Part shown: in pieces, positions 18,232-26,760 of the stretch | Position numbering within the stretch: the first letter of the stretch is position 1 | Layout: every line of letters starts with the position of its first letter | IMG/VR virus record: IMGVR_UViG_3300045988_012512 | Span: 1 to 43,981 of that record | Length of the DNA stretch: 43,981 nt | DNA from: a virus | Taxonomy: Duplodnaviria; Heunggongvirae; Uroviricota; Caudoviricetes | Reading direction: 5' to 3' (one strand) | Program-made: the position numbers and the translations under genes | The notes under the pieces: model-generated | Told to the model about the DNA's origin: nothing | Databases searched by the model: none | Seen by the model: the letters and a program-made list of their open reading frames with translations, nothing else

Positions 18232-18258
18232 GCCCCGCCTTAAAGCGGGGCGCTAGTC
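18232..18258 (-). repeat. 27-nt conserved hairpin element (AGCGCCCCGCTTTAAGGCGGGGCTTTA), copy 1
   Basis: Near-identical to the plus-strand element at 31042..31068 (one mismatch, in the loop). Confidence 0.6.
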
Positions 18259-18526
18259 CTTATCATTTAAACATAGAAACGGCGTAATCTCAGTAAACCA
18301 GTTACTTTTTACACAAGCAATAGAGTATGGCCCTTCCGAACGCGTCAGCGTAACTACACTCAGGACTTACGTCCCGCTCCGTTACCTGCCCGCGCCGCGG
18401 TCGCTTGTTCATACTTCACAAGCTCAGGTGGAGCTTATCATATTTTCAGTGAAAAGTCAACTATTCGAATAGTTTATTCCAACGTTTACAATTGAGTGGA
18501 ATAACTGGAATACGTAAATAAATAGT

Positions 18527-18555
18527 TTGCGCACACCAACATAATAGGGTACTAT
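18527..18555 (+). promoter_or_regulatory. sigma70-type promoter (TTGCGC-17-TACTAT) for the DnaN-like gene
   Basis: Spacer and -10 region nearly identical to the promoter at 9029. Confidence 0.55.
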
Positions 18556-18582
18556 TCAGTTAACTTAAACAGGAGATGAGAA

Positions 18583-19104
18583 ATGGTTACTACAGTAATT
18601 ACTTTCCCTGCGTATGTAGGGGCAAAAATCTGCAGGGCTAAAAATGATGTGCGCTACTATTTGAACGCTTTTTACATAGACCCTGAAGGATTGATAGTGT
18701 CTACGGACGGTCATAGATTGTTCTGCGACAATGTGAAGACCAATGTTGAGAAAGGGACTCTCATAGACATCAAAGGGAGAGAGCCTTCTAAATTTAACTA
18801 CGCAGAGGTAAACCACGACAACGGCAGTGTAACTTTCTATGACGATAATCGTGCGCTTATATGCACGCTTCCGGTAGATGTTGTAGAAGGAAACTTTCCT
18901 GACTGGAGACGCGTGGCGAACATCACACCGGGTGTTGTCGATAGTATAGGGTTCACTCTGCGCTATTTGGCAGACGCGTACAAGATTTCTAAGGCATACA
19001 AAAATGAAATTGCTCGTTTCGATTTCCAGGACCAAACCAGAGGATGTAAAATACTATTTTCAAACACGGCCTTTATGGTGTTAATGCCTGCGCGATTTAA
19101 ATAA
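18583..19104 (+). CDS. truncated DNA polymerase III beta sliding-clamp (DnaN) homologue
   Basis: DVRYYLN, STDGHRL, FPDWRRV and C-terminal VLMPARFK match E. coli DnaN motifs DVRYYLNG, TDGHRL, FPDYRRV, VMPMRL; AGGAG RBS, own promoter and terminator. Confidence 0.7.
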   Translation: MVTTVITFPAYVGAKICRAKNDVRYYLNAFYIDPEGLIVSTDGHRLFCDNVKTNVEKGTLIDIKGREPSKFNYAEVNHDNGSVTFYDDNRALICTLPVDVVEGNFPDWRRVANITPGVVDSIGFTLRYLADAYKISKAYKNEIARFDFQDQTRGCKILFSNTAFMVLMPARFK

Positions 19105-19108
19105 AACT

Positions 19109-19131
19109 AAGGCCCCATAATGGGGCCTTTT
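19109..19131. terminator. bidirectional intrinsic terminator (AAGGCCCC-ATAAT-GGGGCCTT)
   Basis: GC stem with T-run; lies between convergent genes. Confidence 0.7.
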
Positions 19132-19132
19132 A

Positions 19133-19591
19133 TCATTCTGTCTTAGAGACCTTCGCCGCTTTGCTTACGGCCTCTGCACCATCGGCATCAGTAACTTTAA
19201 CGAAGTATTCACCAGCCGCATTAACAGTCAGAGACAGAGCCTCTTCCGGGGCGTTCACCACTTCCTTCCCGTCTTTGTACCAGGTCAGTACATACGGCGC
19301 TTTACCCGCCTTAACTTCGACGGTGATGGTGGCGCTACCGTCGACCAGCTCGGTGTCTTTCGGTTGCACAGAGAAATACACATCACCAGCATCTGCCAGA
19401 TACGGAATCTCATAAAGCATACCAGCAGCAGAGAGTGCGATACCGGTCTTGTCCGCATACGGCATCTCGTCTACAGGTGTACCTAGTACACTTTCATCTT
19501 CAACGTAGGTTACGTTCTCACCAGAACCGGATACACGGGCGTACTGGACTACGCGACGCGACGGCACATCAGTTACTTTAAAAAAGCCCAT
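19133..19591 (-). CDS. Ig-like domain protein
   Basis: C-terminal Ig-like signature PYVLTWYKDGKEV...GEYFVKVTDADG. Confidence 0.5.
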   Translation of the reverse strand: MGFFKVTDVPSRRVVQYARVSGSGENVTYVEDESVLGTPVDEMPYADKTGIALSAAGMLYEIPYLADAGDVYFSVQPKDTELVDGSATITVEVKAGKAPYVLTWYKDGKEVVNAPEEALSLTVNAAGEYFVKVTDADGAEAVSKAAKVSKTE

Positions 19592-19594
19592 AAA

Positions 19595-20218
19595 CTAAAC
19601 CTCTTTCATTGAGTTAATCTTACGTAAGACGCCTTCGAAAAGGCGTGGGTCTATGCTATCGCAAAGACCTTTGTATTCATATGCTAATTCAATTTTTCTA
19701 TGAAACCATGCTACGTGTGCCTCTTGAGCGGTTTCGTAAGCGCCTATTTGTTCAGATACGCCATCCACGGATACTTGAGCGATGAATCTTTTCTTTTGTT
19801 TATGGAAATGTACGCCGAGTGGGTGTTCGCCTCGAAGAGCGTCGTGGGCTGTTAGGAAAGTATTGAGGGATTTAGGGATGAAAACACAGTTAGAAGCATC
19901 GTAAACCTTATTTCCCGGGTTAAGTAAATCCTTATCTATCTGCCACCCAGGTACATAAAAATCATCAAACCAGACCTTGAAATTACTGAACACCAACCAA
20001 TCGTCCGACACGCGGCAACCTATATAAGTTCTGTTTCTTTGCTGCCATTTCTTGTCGTAGCACCTCTTTAACATGTTCTTCCATACGGCGTAGGACGCTA
20101 TATGCACCCCTCCGCAACTTATTGGTGAAACATCGTTAATACCCACACCAAAAACAATTCCCATATTAAACCCTATAAGAAAACCCCATGAAGATTGGTC
20201 GATGCCAGAGATAGGCAT
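19595..20218 (-). CDS. free-standing homing-endonuclease-like protein (HNH-type N-terminal region plus AP2-like DNA-binding domain)
   Basis: WKNMLKRC...YIGCRVSDDW...IDKDLLNPGNKVYDASNC then AP2-like GAYETAQEAHVAW; AT-rich with rare codons. Confidence 0.5.
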   Translation of the reverse strand: MPISGIDQSSWGFLIGFNMGIVFGVGINDVSPISCGGVHIASYAVWKNMLKRCYDKKWQQRNRTYIGCRVSDDWLVFSNFKVWFDDFYVPGWQIDKDLLNPGNKVYDASNCVFIPKSLNTFLTAHDALRGEHPLGVHFHKQKKRFIAQVSVDGVSEQIGAYETAQEAHVAWFHRKIELAYEYKGLCDSIDPRLFEGVLRKINSMKEV

Positions 20219-20288
20219 ACCTTCATGGGGTTATATTCTTTCTCTATTTTTAGTAGTTCACCGACCAAAGCTAGCTACTAGATATACT

Positions 20289-21365
20289 TTATACCGACCT
20301 AAGATATTCAGCAACCCTGTTATCTAACGCCGCCATCTCCTTCAAGGTTAAAGGTCTACCAAAAGCGTCGACGGATATTACCCGGAATTCCTCTGGGGAT
20401 ATCCCACTATTCCTGAATATAGCACCGCGGGTAGGTCCGAGTGCTTCATCCACGAACCATGCCGGTTGCTGTTTCAGGAACTCGTAATAGGTGGTGTCTG
20501 CGCTTACCTGCATACCGCCGTCCGCACCCTTAGCCGCGCGTTTTGCACCTTTATCTAGGAAGTCGAACTCCGAACTGATTACCGGTGCAGTGGTACTTCG
20601 ACATCCAAAATGGGCGGGGGGCATCGGACCTTTACCGATTTCCCACGTCATCCCGTCTCTGGCCCTGCAAATCGTACTGGTACGACTGTCCAGCGTTGAC
20701 ACCCATTCGTATTTCTCGATGATGTCGTCGTTCTGGCGGTATGTCTCGTTGCGGGCTTCGTTGGATACGTGAGACAGCGCGGTGCGGATTACCGTAGCCG
20801 CGTTGCGTTCAGAGATGTCCGCCAGCCCACCAGCGCCTACGACATTTTTAACAATCTGCCGTGTGGTTTGGCCCTGAACAAACCCCATCTTAACGCCGGT
20901 TACGAGGCGCGCGGCCTCCGTTTCACCCCAGCCTGCCATCAGCTTAGTGAAATCGACGGGCTTGTCGCTTAATGATAAGGGTTGAAACTCGGCAGCGGAC
21001 CACACCTGTTCGGCGGTAGGCGTAACAAATTCCGCGTCAACGTTGGCGGTCAGTGTTTTTACGTTCCACTCAGCCTCATATGCGGCCAGTTCCTTAAGGT
21101 CTTCTGCCAGTTTTGTTTGCCAGTCACCTGTAAGCCCGGTTAATGCTTCTTCGAGGTCGCGTAACAGTTTATTCAGTCGCGCAGTGCTTCGCCCGTCATC
21201 GCCGAAAAGCAGCACCTGCCGTTTGATTTCGTCCCGCATCTCCTGAATAAACGGTGCGAGGTCTTTCACTTCGCCGGATGCGGCGCGTTGCAGCCATATC
21301 TGGTGGCTGATTAGAGATGTAAGTAAGCTCATAGATAAACCCTGTGGCGCTAAAGTTAATAGCAT
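20289..21365 (-). CDS. minor head morphogenesis protein (Mu F-like)
   Basis: WVSTLDSRTSTICRARDGM...HFGCRST motif; directly downstream of portal. Confidence 0.6.
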   Translation of the reverse strand: MLLTLAPQGLSMSLLTSLISHQIWLQRAASGEVKDLAPFIQEMRDEIKRQVLLFGDDGRSTARLNKLLRDLEEALTGLTGDWQTKLAEDLKELAAYEAEWNVKTLTANVDAEFVTPTAEQVWSAAEFQPLSLSDKPVDFTKLMAGWGETEAARLVTGVKMGFVQGQTTRQIVKNVVGAGGLADISERNAATVIRTALSHVSNEARNETYRQNDDIIEKYEWVSTLDSRTSTICRARDGMTWEIGKGPMPPAHFGCRSTTAPVISSEFDFLDKGAKRAAKGADGGMQVSADTTYYEFLKQQPAWFVDEALGPTRGAIFRNSGISPEEFRVISVDAFGRPLTLKEMAALDNRVAEYLRSV

Positions 21366-21401
21366 ACTATAAGAAAGCCCCTTTCGGGGCTATATGTGAA
21401 C

Positions 21402-22883
21402 TTACTGCTGAGTGACATCTTGTTGCTGCGCCGACTGCGGAATCTCTCCTGCCACCTGAGTAACAGCACCTAACGGCAGAGGTGCGTCCTCAATAGCGTT
21501 CTGAATATCCTCGTCGGTCCAGTCAGTCACCCCTGCTTTACGCAACGCGGCGTAGTATGCGGTCGCTGGCAGCAGACCGGCATTAATGTCCGCCATCCAC
21601 TGAGCGCGGTCCTGAGCGGTCATCGGTTGCAGGAAGAACTCCATATTCAGCTTGAACTCAATCTCAGTACCGTCACTAAGCCCGAGCATCGTGGCTACCC
21701 AGCGCAACGCATCGGTATACGCCATGCTTACGTTACGTGCGATTGTCGCCATAACGGACGTGTCAGCACCACGTTGCAGGCGGGCCGATTCAGCGGTGAT
21801 TTGCTGCGTCGGGGTAATAAGCTGTGCGCCAATCTGGATGGCCTGATTCTCTTTATCCAGCATATTCTGTTTAGCCAGGTTATTCTCTCCTGCCTGAACA
21901 AGAAACGCGTTGCCGCCGTAACCGATGTTATGGCCCGAACGTGAACCCATTCGCACGCCGTGGGGGTTGACCTCTTTCCACTGCTCCATGCTCATGTTCT
22001 CGCCCGGGGCGATGAACAAAGTTGGCTGGCCTACTACGAAGCTGGATTCCTCATTGTCCGCGCTGTTGCGGAAATGCCCGATATTAAGTTCAGCCAACGG
22101 CAGCAAAGGTGCGTCATCAACCGTCGCGTCGTTATTACTCGCACCAATAAACGTGAATGGGATTTTTCCGCGCAACTGTTCGCCCAGTTCCGGGAAGATT
22201 TCTTTTACATCACCCTGCGCACCACCTTCGGCATCGAAACGGTATATGCGCTGGCGATAGCGGCTGTCAATCAGGTCAAGGACACGGTATTGCTCACCGA
22301 ACTTGGTTTCAAACTCTGCGCCAGGTTCTGAGTATTCCCACACCTCACGCAGCACGACCATTGTCACACGGTTAACCGAACCGATGCGGGTCAGTCGCCA
22401 GTTGATGATGTTCTCTGCGGTATAGAAAGCGATGACCGGGTTTAATAATCCAGCGTTCTGCTCTGCTGCCGTTGCGGCGGCGGTCTCCGGGGCGTCCACC
22501 AGCAACCCGCCACGACCCACCGAGTCAATCTCCATTAGCGTATCCTGGGCGTGCTGCCACAGCCCTACACCTGAGCCATCCGCGTTGCGTAGCAGGTACT
22601 CTAGTTCAGGAGGGATAATCTGCTCCGGGTCTTTGCGCATGACACTGCCAACCATCCCCGCCAGAGTGCGCTTGGTGAAGTTGTAGCAGATAGCGCCGTT
22701 CTCATATTCTTCCTGGCGCTGTGCTGCGTAGGCCGGATCCGGTTCGTTCTTCCCTACGTTGCGCAGATAGCGAATAAGGTCACCTTCCAGAGCGTGGCGC
22801 ACCTTCTGCCATTTATCGAAGTGATGCAGCCATTCCCGGTGTTTTGTCTTAACACCCTGATTCTGACCGTTCATAGTTAACAT
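21402..22883 (-). CDS. portal protein
   Basis: 493-aa ORF immediately downstream of terminase large subunit. Confidence 0.6.
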   Translation of the reverse strand: MLTMNGQNQGVKTKHREWLHHFDKWQKVRHALEGDLIRYLRNVGKNEPDPAYAAQRQEEYENGAICYNFTKRTLAGMVGSVMRKDPEQIIPPELEYLLRNADGSGVGLWQHAQDTLMEIDSVGRGGLLVDAPETAAATAAEQNAGLLNPVIAFYTAENIINWRLTRIGSVNRVTMVVLREVWEYSEPGAEFETKFGEQYRVLDLIDSRYRQRIYRFDAEGGAQGDVKEIFPELGEQLRGKIPFTFIGASNNDATVDDAPLLPLAELNIGHFRNSADNEESSFVVGQPTLFIAPGENMSMEQWKEVNPHGVRMGSRSGHNIGYGGNAFLVQAGENNLAKQNMLDKENQAIQIGAQLITPTQQITAESARLQRGADTSVMATIARNVSMAYTDALRWVATMLGLSDGTEIEFKLNMEFFLQPMTAQDRAQWMADINAGLLPATAYYAALRKAGVTDWTDEDIQNAIEDAPLPLGAVTQVAGEIPQSAQQQDVTQQ

Positions 22884-22895
22884 TGAATAATCCTC

Positions 22896-24146
22896 TTAAA
22901 GTGCGAAAGTCACCGGGATGTTGATTACTGGTTTAACCACCGGCATCTCGTAAACTACAGGATAGCCGAGAGCATCCGCCATATGGTCAATGATGCCGTC
23001 TTTAGCTGGCTCTCCGTTATCGTCGTATGCCTGCTGCTCCAGCGTCTTTGCTATCTCAGGGCATAAGTGGTCGTTAACCCACAGCTTACCTTTTTCCAGC
23101 GCGGTATTCACGGCTAAAACACGGTCTTTAACCGGTGGGTTGGCGGATTTAGCGCGGACATCAAAACCGGCCTGCTGTAGTAAGGCAATATCGGAGATTG
23201 ATGCCGAGTTGGTTTTGCGGTTCTTGCCGCTGGCGTCGGGGTAAACGACGATGCGGTGGCCTTGTGACTTCCACTTCTCAGTAATTACGCGCACGGTGTC
23301 TGGTGTATCGAACAAGCCTTTCAGTTCTGCTACCGCGTGCCAGCCGTCTTTACGTTGCACATACACGGCGCTGGCGTTTTTCGTAACGTTGAAGTCCTGC
23401 CCGATGTACAGTGTGTCGCCTGGCTGAATCGTCTCTTTGCTGCGGTGCTTGCGACGGTCATACGCGTAATACACGCTGCCGGATGTCAGGTTGACGAACT
23501 CACCGTTCAGATACGCGTTAATCAACTGTGCTGGGTAAGTCTCTGTCAGCGAGCTGATGTAATCCGGTGGCAGGAAACGCGCGTTCTCGTGTGTTGAAGC
23601 CTGCACCATCGAGTAACTCGGTGTCGGATTCTCTTTGAACTTGGCGTAGACGAACTTGAACCCTTCCGGCGTCGTGGTTACGGAGATGTGGTTAATTACA
23701 CCCGGGATAACCAGACGCATACGGGCTACAATTTTGTTCCACGCCAGTTCCGCCTTCTCGCGGCTCAATACGTCCAGTTCATCCACGACCGCAGCAGCGA
23801 TTTTGAAACCTACGATAGAGCCAGGGTTATCCATCGAACGGCAGATAACCGTCCCGAGAACCGTCTTACCGCGAGTAACCACGACTTCTTTGTCACCGGA
23901 TTTAACCAGCACATCAAGGCCGAGCAGGTTAGCCGCTTCCTCGAATGTCGGGTAGAAGATGTCGCGGATAGCTGGATATGTGGGGCCGAAGTAACCCAGG
24001 CGCGTACCTGGATGCTTGAGCATAAACGTAAGCAGGTCAAGGCAGCCAACAAATGTCTTTCCGCTGCCGAAGCCTCCGACGTAGGCCTTGTACTTGTTAT
24101 CGCAATTCAGGAACAGCGCCTGAGGGGCGGATAGCTGAATACTCAT
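22896..24146 (-). CDS. terminase large subunit
   Basis: Walker A GGFGSGKTFVG near the N-terminus; ATGA overlap with the upstream small subunit. Confidence 0.8.
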   Translation of the reverse strand: MSIQLSAPQALFLNCDNKYKAYVGGFGSGKTFVGCLDLLTFMLKHPGTRLGYFGPTYPAIRDIFYPTFEEAANLLGLDVLVKSGDKEVVVTRGKTVLGTVICRSMDNPGSIVGFKIAAAVVDELDVLSREKAELAWNKIVARMRLVIPGVINHISVTTTPEGFKFVYAKFKENPTPSYSMVQASTHENARFLPPDYISSLTETYPAQLINAYLNGEFVNLTSGSVYYAYDRRKHRSKETIQPGDTLYIGQDFNVTKNASAVYVQRKDGWHAVAELKGLFDTPDTVRVITEKWKSQGHRIVVYPDASGKNRKTNSASISDIALLQQAGFDVRAKSANPPVKDRVLAVNTALEKGKLWVNDHLCPEIAKTLEQQAYDDNGEPAKDGIIDHMADALGYPVVYEMPVVKPVINIPVTFAL

Positions 24147-24688
24147 TCCTCTACCTCGCCCATGTTTGTGGTAACTATTTTGCCTACGGGCTCCGCAACA
24201 CTGAAAATAATCTCAGTCGGTGCCGTTTCTTCGGTGGATTCGACCGGTTTCTCTTTGCTAAGGCCTAGCTTCGCGGCAGCAAATGTAGCCGAGATGCCCG
24301 CGGCCCCGGTCTCGGTGAAGTATGCCTCTTCCAGTGCCTGTGCAGTTTCATAGGCTTCTGCAAATGCGGGAATCTCGCGCAGCCATAGCTTAATAATCGG
24401 GATAGTGACGCCGATGTGTAAGGCGAAGCGGGCCAGTGACGGTGGTTTATCCTGAATCAGCGGGCGTTCGTCACCCTTGGACGTAGGTACAAGTTCCCAC
24501 GACGTGCGGTCGAAGAACTCGATTAACGCGTCGCAATAGTCCGGGTCCCACAACGCGGCGGAATTACGGGACGATTGATAAAGGCTCTGTTTCCCACGCG
24601 GTCGCCTACGGCGGCGGTTTGCACTAACAGCTTCTTCATGTGCAGCTTGCACCACCTCTGGCGATGGCTGCTTGAGTTTCAGCTTCAT
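24143..24688 (-). CDS. terminase small subunit
   Basis: Arg-rich basic N-terminus; AAGGGG RBS before the ATG at 24688 (ORF track extends to 24727). Confidence 0.5.
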   Translation of the reverse strand: MKLKLKQPSPEVVQAAHEEAVSANRRRRRPRGKQSLYQSSRNSAALWDPDYCDALIEFFDRTSWELVPTSKGDERPLIQDKPPSLARFALHIGVTIPIIKLWLREIPAFAEAYETAQALEEAYFTETGAAGISATFAAAKLGLSKEKPVESTEETAPTEIIFSVAEPVGKIVTTNMGEVEE

Positions 24689-24780
24689 AGAATCCCCTTG
24701 CATATGCGTCTGACCATCAGAGCGCACCAGACGCGCCCTACGCGTCTAAAGGGATTATATAAGGGGATTGGGCGGGATGT

Positions 24781-24806
24781 ACAGAAAAGCCCTCCGTAGA
24801 GGGCTT
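24781..24806 (-). terminator. intrinsic terminator between early operon and terminase genes
   Basis: Minus strand reads AAGCCCTCTACGGAGGGCTT followed by a T-run. Confidence 0.55.
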
Positions 24807-24898
24807 GTATCAGTTATATAGGCCGTGTCGTGGTGCTCTCTTACCGTCGCCGTCGTAATGGTCATTAGCTACGGCGATAGCCCAGGCGTTAGGGATGA

Positions 24899-25141
24899 TT
24901 AGTAACCGCATTCGTTCTCCTCTTTAGCAATACGTTGTTCAGTTTTAGTGATGCCACGGCGCGTGAATAACACCGGGCTTGTCTTAACGTGCGTCATCAG
25001 ACGGTTGTTATAGATTACGTGGCGCTCACATTTCACGTCTTTGCTGTACTTCGCGATCGTCATTTCGTTGAGGCCAGTTTGTCGGCATGTCTCCGCCATC
25101 GTGCCGAATTCTTTAATCAGGTTAGGAATGCTGGTAATCAT
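24899..25141 (-). CDS. small putative DNA-binding protein
   Basis: HTH-like ETCRQTGLNEMTIAKYSKD; ATGA overlap with the upstream ORF. Confidence 0.35.
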   Translation of the reverse strand: MITSIPNLIKEFGTMAETCRQTGLNEMTIAKYSKDVKCERHVIYNNRLMTHVKTSPVLFTRRGITKTEQRIAKEENECGY

Positions 25142-25332
25142 CCTAAGAAATTCCTCGTTGTCCACATCGCATTCGGATATTTGTTATCGCGGTCCTGCAC
25201 TACGGCAATCACGTTACCACGTTGCACCAGGCAGAAGTGCCGTTGTTGCTCACCGTTGTAGCGACGCCAGATTGCTTCTTCGATTGCCGCATTAATGTCA
25301 CTGAACACTGTCTCTACCCCACATAAACCCAA
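25138..25332 (-). CDS. hypothetical early protein
   Basis: ORF-track ORF without an ATG start (TTG or GTG only). Confidence 0.25.
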   Translation of the reverse strand: MGLCGVETVFSDINAAIEEAIWRRYNGEQQRHFCLVQRGNVIAVVQDRDNKYPNAMWTTRNFLG

Positions 25333-25501
25333 TCAATACGCCGATAAAATAACCTGCTGCGACAAGGCCAATAACCACCTCAAGACTCATACTCAACCCT
25401 CCATACTTAATAGCACGTATCCAGGCAGTTCCGCCAGCTTGATTCCTGCCATAACAGGCTCAAAATGCTCAGGTAATATCTTTAGTTCGTGAAACATACT
25501 C

Positions 25502-25684
25502 TCACCCAACTATCTCATCACCAAGCCACGCCGTTTCTCGTATATCATCGACCACACAGGCGGCGTGCTCACGGCTAATTGCAAAAATGTAGAAACTAAA
25601 CTTCTTCCCGTCGGCGTCGATATGGTTAACCGAGTAGGGTTTCCACAGGACACCATCAATTACTACTGGTTTAGGCGACTTCAT
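25502..25684 (-). CDS. hypothetical early protein
   Basis: 60-aa ORF in the coupled early operon. Confidence 0.3.
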   Translation of the reverse strand: MKSPKPVVIDGVLWKPYSVNHIDADGKKFSFYIFAISREHAACVVDDIRETAWLGDEIVG

Positions 25685-25919
25685 ACGCTTTACCGCATTT
25701 TAAGCATGTGACTCGATGCACCCCATCAACTAAATGCAGGCGGTAATCATGCTCGCAGGCGTTCATCTTTTCCCCTTCTCCTCTCAACAACATGAGAAGA
25801 ACCTTAAATGCGGCTAACTGGTACTCACCGTTAATCGACAGTTGCCCGCCTAGCGTCTGTTTCTCCGACTCAAGCACCAGAATACGGCGCTCGAGCGATG
25901 CGATTGTGATTTTAGGCAT
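25671..25919 (-). CDS. coiled-coil plus zinc-ribbon small protein
   Basis: C-terminal CEHDYRLH...CLKCGKAY; same Cys motif occurs twice in the 28964..29512 protein. Confidence 0.4.
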   Translation of the reverse strand: MPKITIASLERRILVLESEKQTLGGQLSINGEYQLAAFKVLLMLLRGEGEKMNACEHDYRLHLVDGVHRVTCLKCGKAYEVA

Positions 25920-26143
25920 TATTCTGCTCCCTCATAAAAATAACCATCGAAACTGTCGTTAGTAGGGGAAGGTTTGTTCAGGTTAAAGCGGTTAATCAGT
26001 TCGCGGCGTTGCTCCATCAGACGGTCTACCTTATTTGCGTAGTACTGAATCATAGTATCCAGGCAAGCAATCTCTGATTCGCCGTTGTCGGCAGGGCGGA
26101 GCGCAGCTTCTACACACGCTTTCTCATATTCACGGTCAGTCAT
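25919..26143 (-). CDS. hypothetical early protein
   Basis: 74-aa ORF; start overlaps upstream stop. Confidence 0.35.
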   Translation of the reverse strand: MTDREYEKACVEAALRPADNGESEIACLDTMIQYYANKVDRLMEQRRELINRFNLNKPSPTNDSFDGYFYEGAE

Positions 26144-26297
26144 TTTTACGCTCTCCCCACATGCGATTGAGATACTTGTTCTTGTCCGGCCCAGGGAAAC
26201 TGTTACGTTTCATCAGTTCCTCACGTGTCGGGAACGGTGTGTGACTGACTTTACGGCCTACTCGTAATGGTTGGCTTACTTGACCTTGTTCGCTCAT
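26136..26297 (-). CDS. hypothetical small protein (53 aa)
   Basis: ATG at 26297; TGATG coupling to the upstream gene. Confidence 0.3.
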   Translation of the reverse strand: MSEQGQVSQPLRVGRKVSHTPFPTREELMKRNSFPGPDKNKYLNRMWGERKND

Positions 26298-26461
26298 CAC
26301 TTAACCTCAACATAATCGGTAGTAAGGAATACAATTTCGCCGTTAACAATCAAAAGCGGTGTATCTTCGATGACGCTTTTAACCTCTACAAAATACCCAC
26401 CGTAACTGTCGTCTATAAACAGAACGTCTCCAGGTACTAAATCTGCGGCTAACTTGCTCAT
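26297..26461 (-). CDS. hypothetical small protein (54 aa)
   Basis: ATG at 26461 in an ATGA overlap with the upstream ORF. Confidence 0.3.
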   Translation of the reverse strand: MSKLAADLVPGDVLFIDDSYGGYFVEVKSVIEDTPLLIVNGEIVFLTTDYVEVK

Positions 26462-26607
26462 TTCTTCTCTCCTGCATAAGCTGCTTTCAGTGTCTGCATC
26501 GCGGCGAACCAGAACGCGTCCGCGGGAATGCTGTTGCTCAGGTTACTAACGGCGATTCGTGCCATCAGTTGTGCGTCTTTGAATGCTTCGATGTCTGTGA
26601 TTTTCAT
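26458..26607 (-). CDS. hypothetical small protein (49 aa)
   Basis: First gene after the promoter at 26642..26670; ATG at 26607. Confidence 0.3.
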   Translation of the reverse strand: MKITDIEAFKDAQLMARIAVSNLSNSIPADAFWFAAMQTLKAAYAGEKK

Positions 26608-26641
26608 TTCTCTCTACTCCGTTCTCGTTGTCGATGGAGTA

Positions 26642-26670
26642 AATATAATAGGGTCGAGGGTAATAGTCAA
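26642..26670 (-). promoter_or_regulatory. sigma70-type promoter (TTGACT-17-TATATT)
   Basis: Read on the minus strand, immediately after a strong terminator. Confidence 0.5.
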
Positions 26671-26692
26671 CTAGTCATTGCAGAAAATAGAT

Positions 26693-26723
26693 AAAAAAAA
26701 TCCCGGCTAGGTCAGGGCCGGGA
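26693..26723 (-). terminator. strong intrinsic terminator (7-bp GC stem followed by eight T)
   Basis: Minus strand reads TCCCGGCCCTGACCTAGCCGGGA then TTTTTTTT. Confidence 0.75.
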
Positions 26724-26760
26724 GAAACAGAGAGCAGAGGGATGATACAGGAGGTTGGTG
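26693..26760 (-). ncRNA. candidate small RNA (about 65 nt, CU-rich) between tandem terminators
   Basis: Promoter-like TTGACA-17-CATACT at 26794..26766 on the minus strand, then a pyrimidine-rich segment, then the terminator at 26723..26693. Confidence 0.25.

Noticed and set aside
18260-18582. Possible tRNA in the non-coding spacer (AGCTCAGGTGGAGCT resembles a D-arm; TTCGAAT resembles a T-loop)
   Set aside because: I could not assemble a cloverleaf with acceptor and anticodon stems in either orientation, and the TTCGAAT lies inside a perfect palindrome. No tRNA is called anywhere in the window.
24728-24898. Imperfect inverted repeat around TAATGGTCATTAGC upstream of the terminase small-subunit gene as a pac site
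   Set aside because: The repeat is imperfect and I cannot tell a packaging site from a terminator-flanking sequence by eye; too weak to call.
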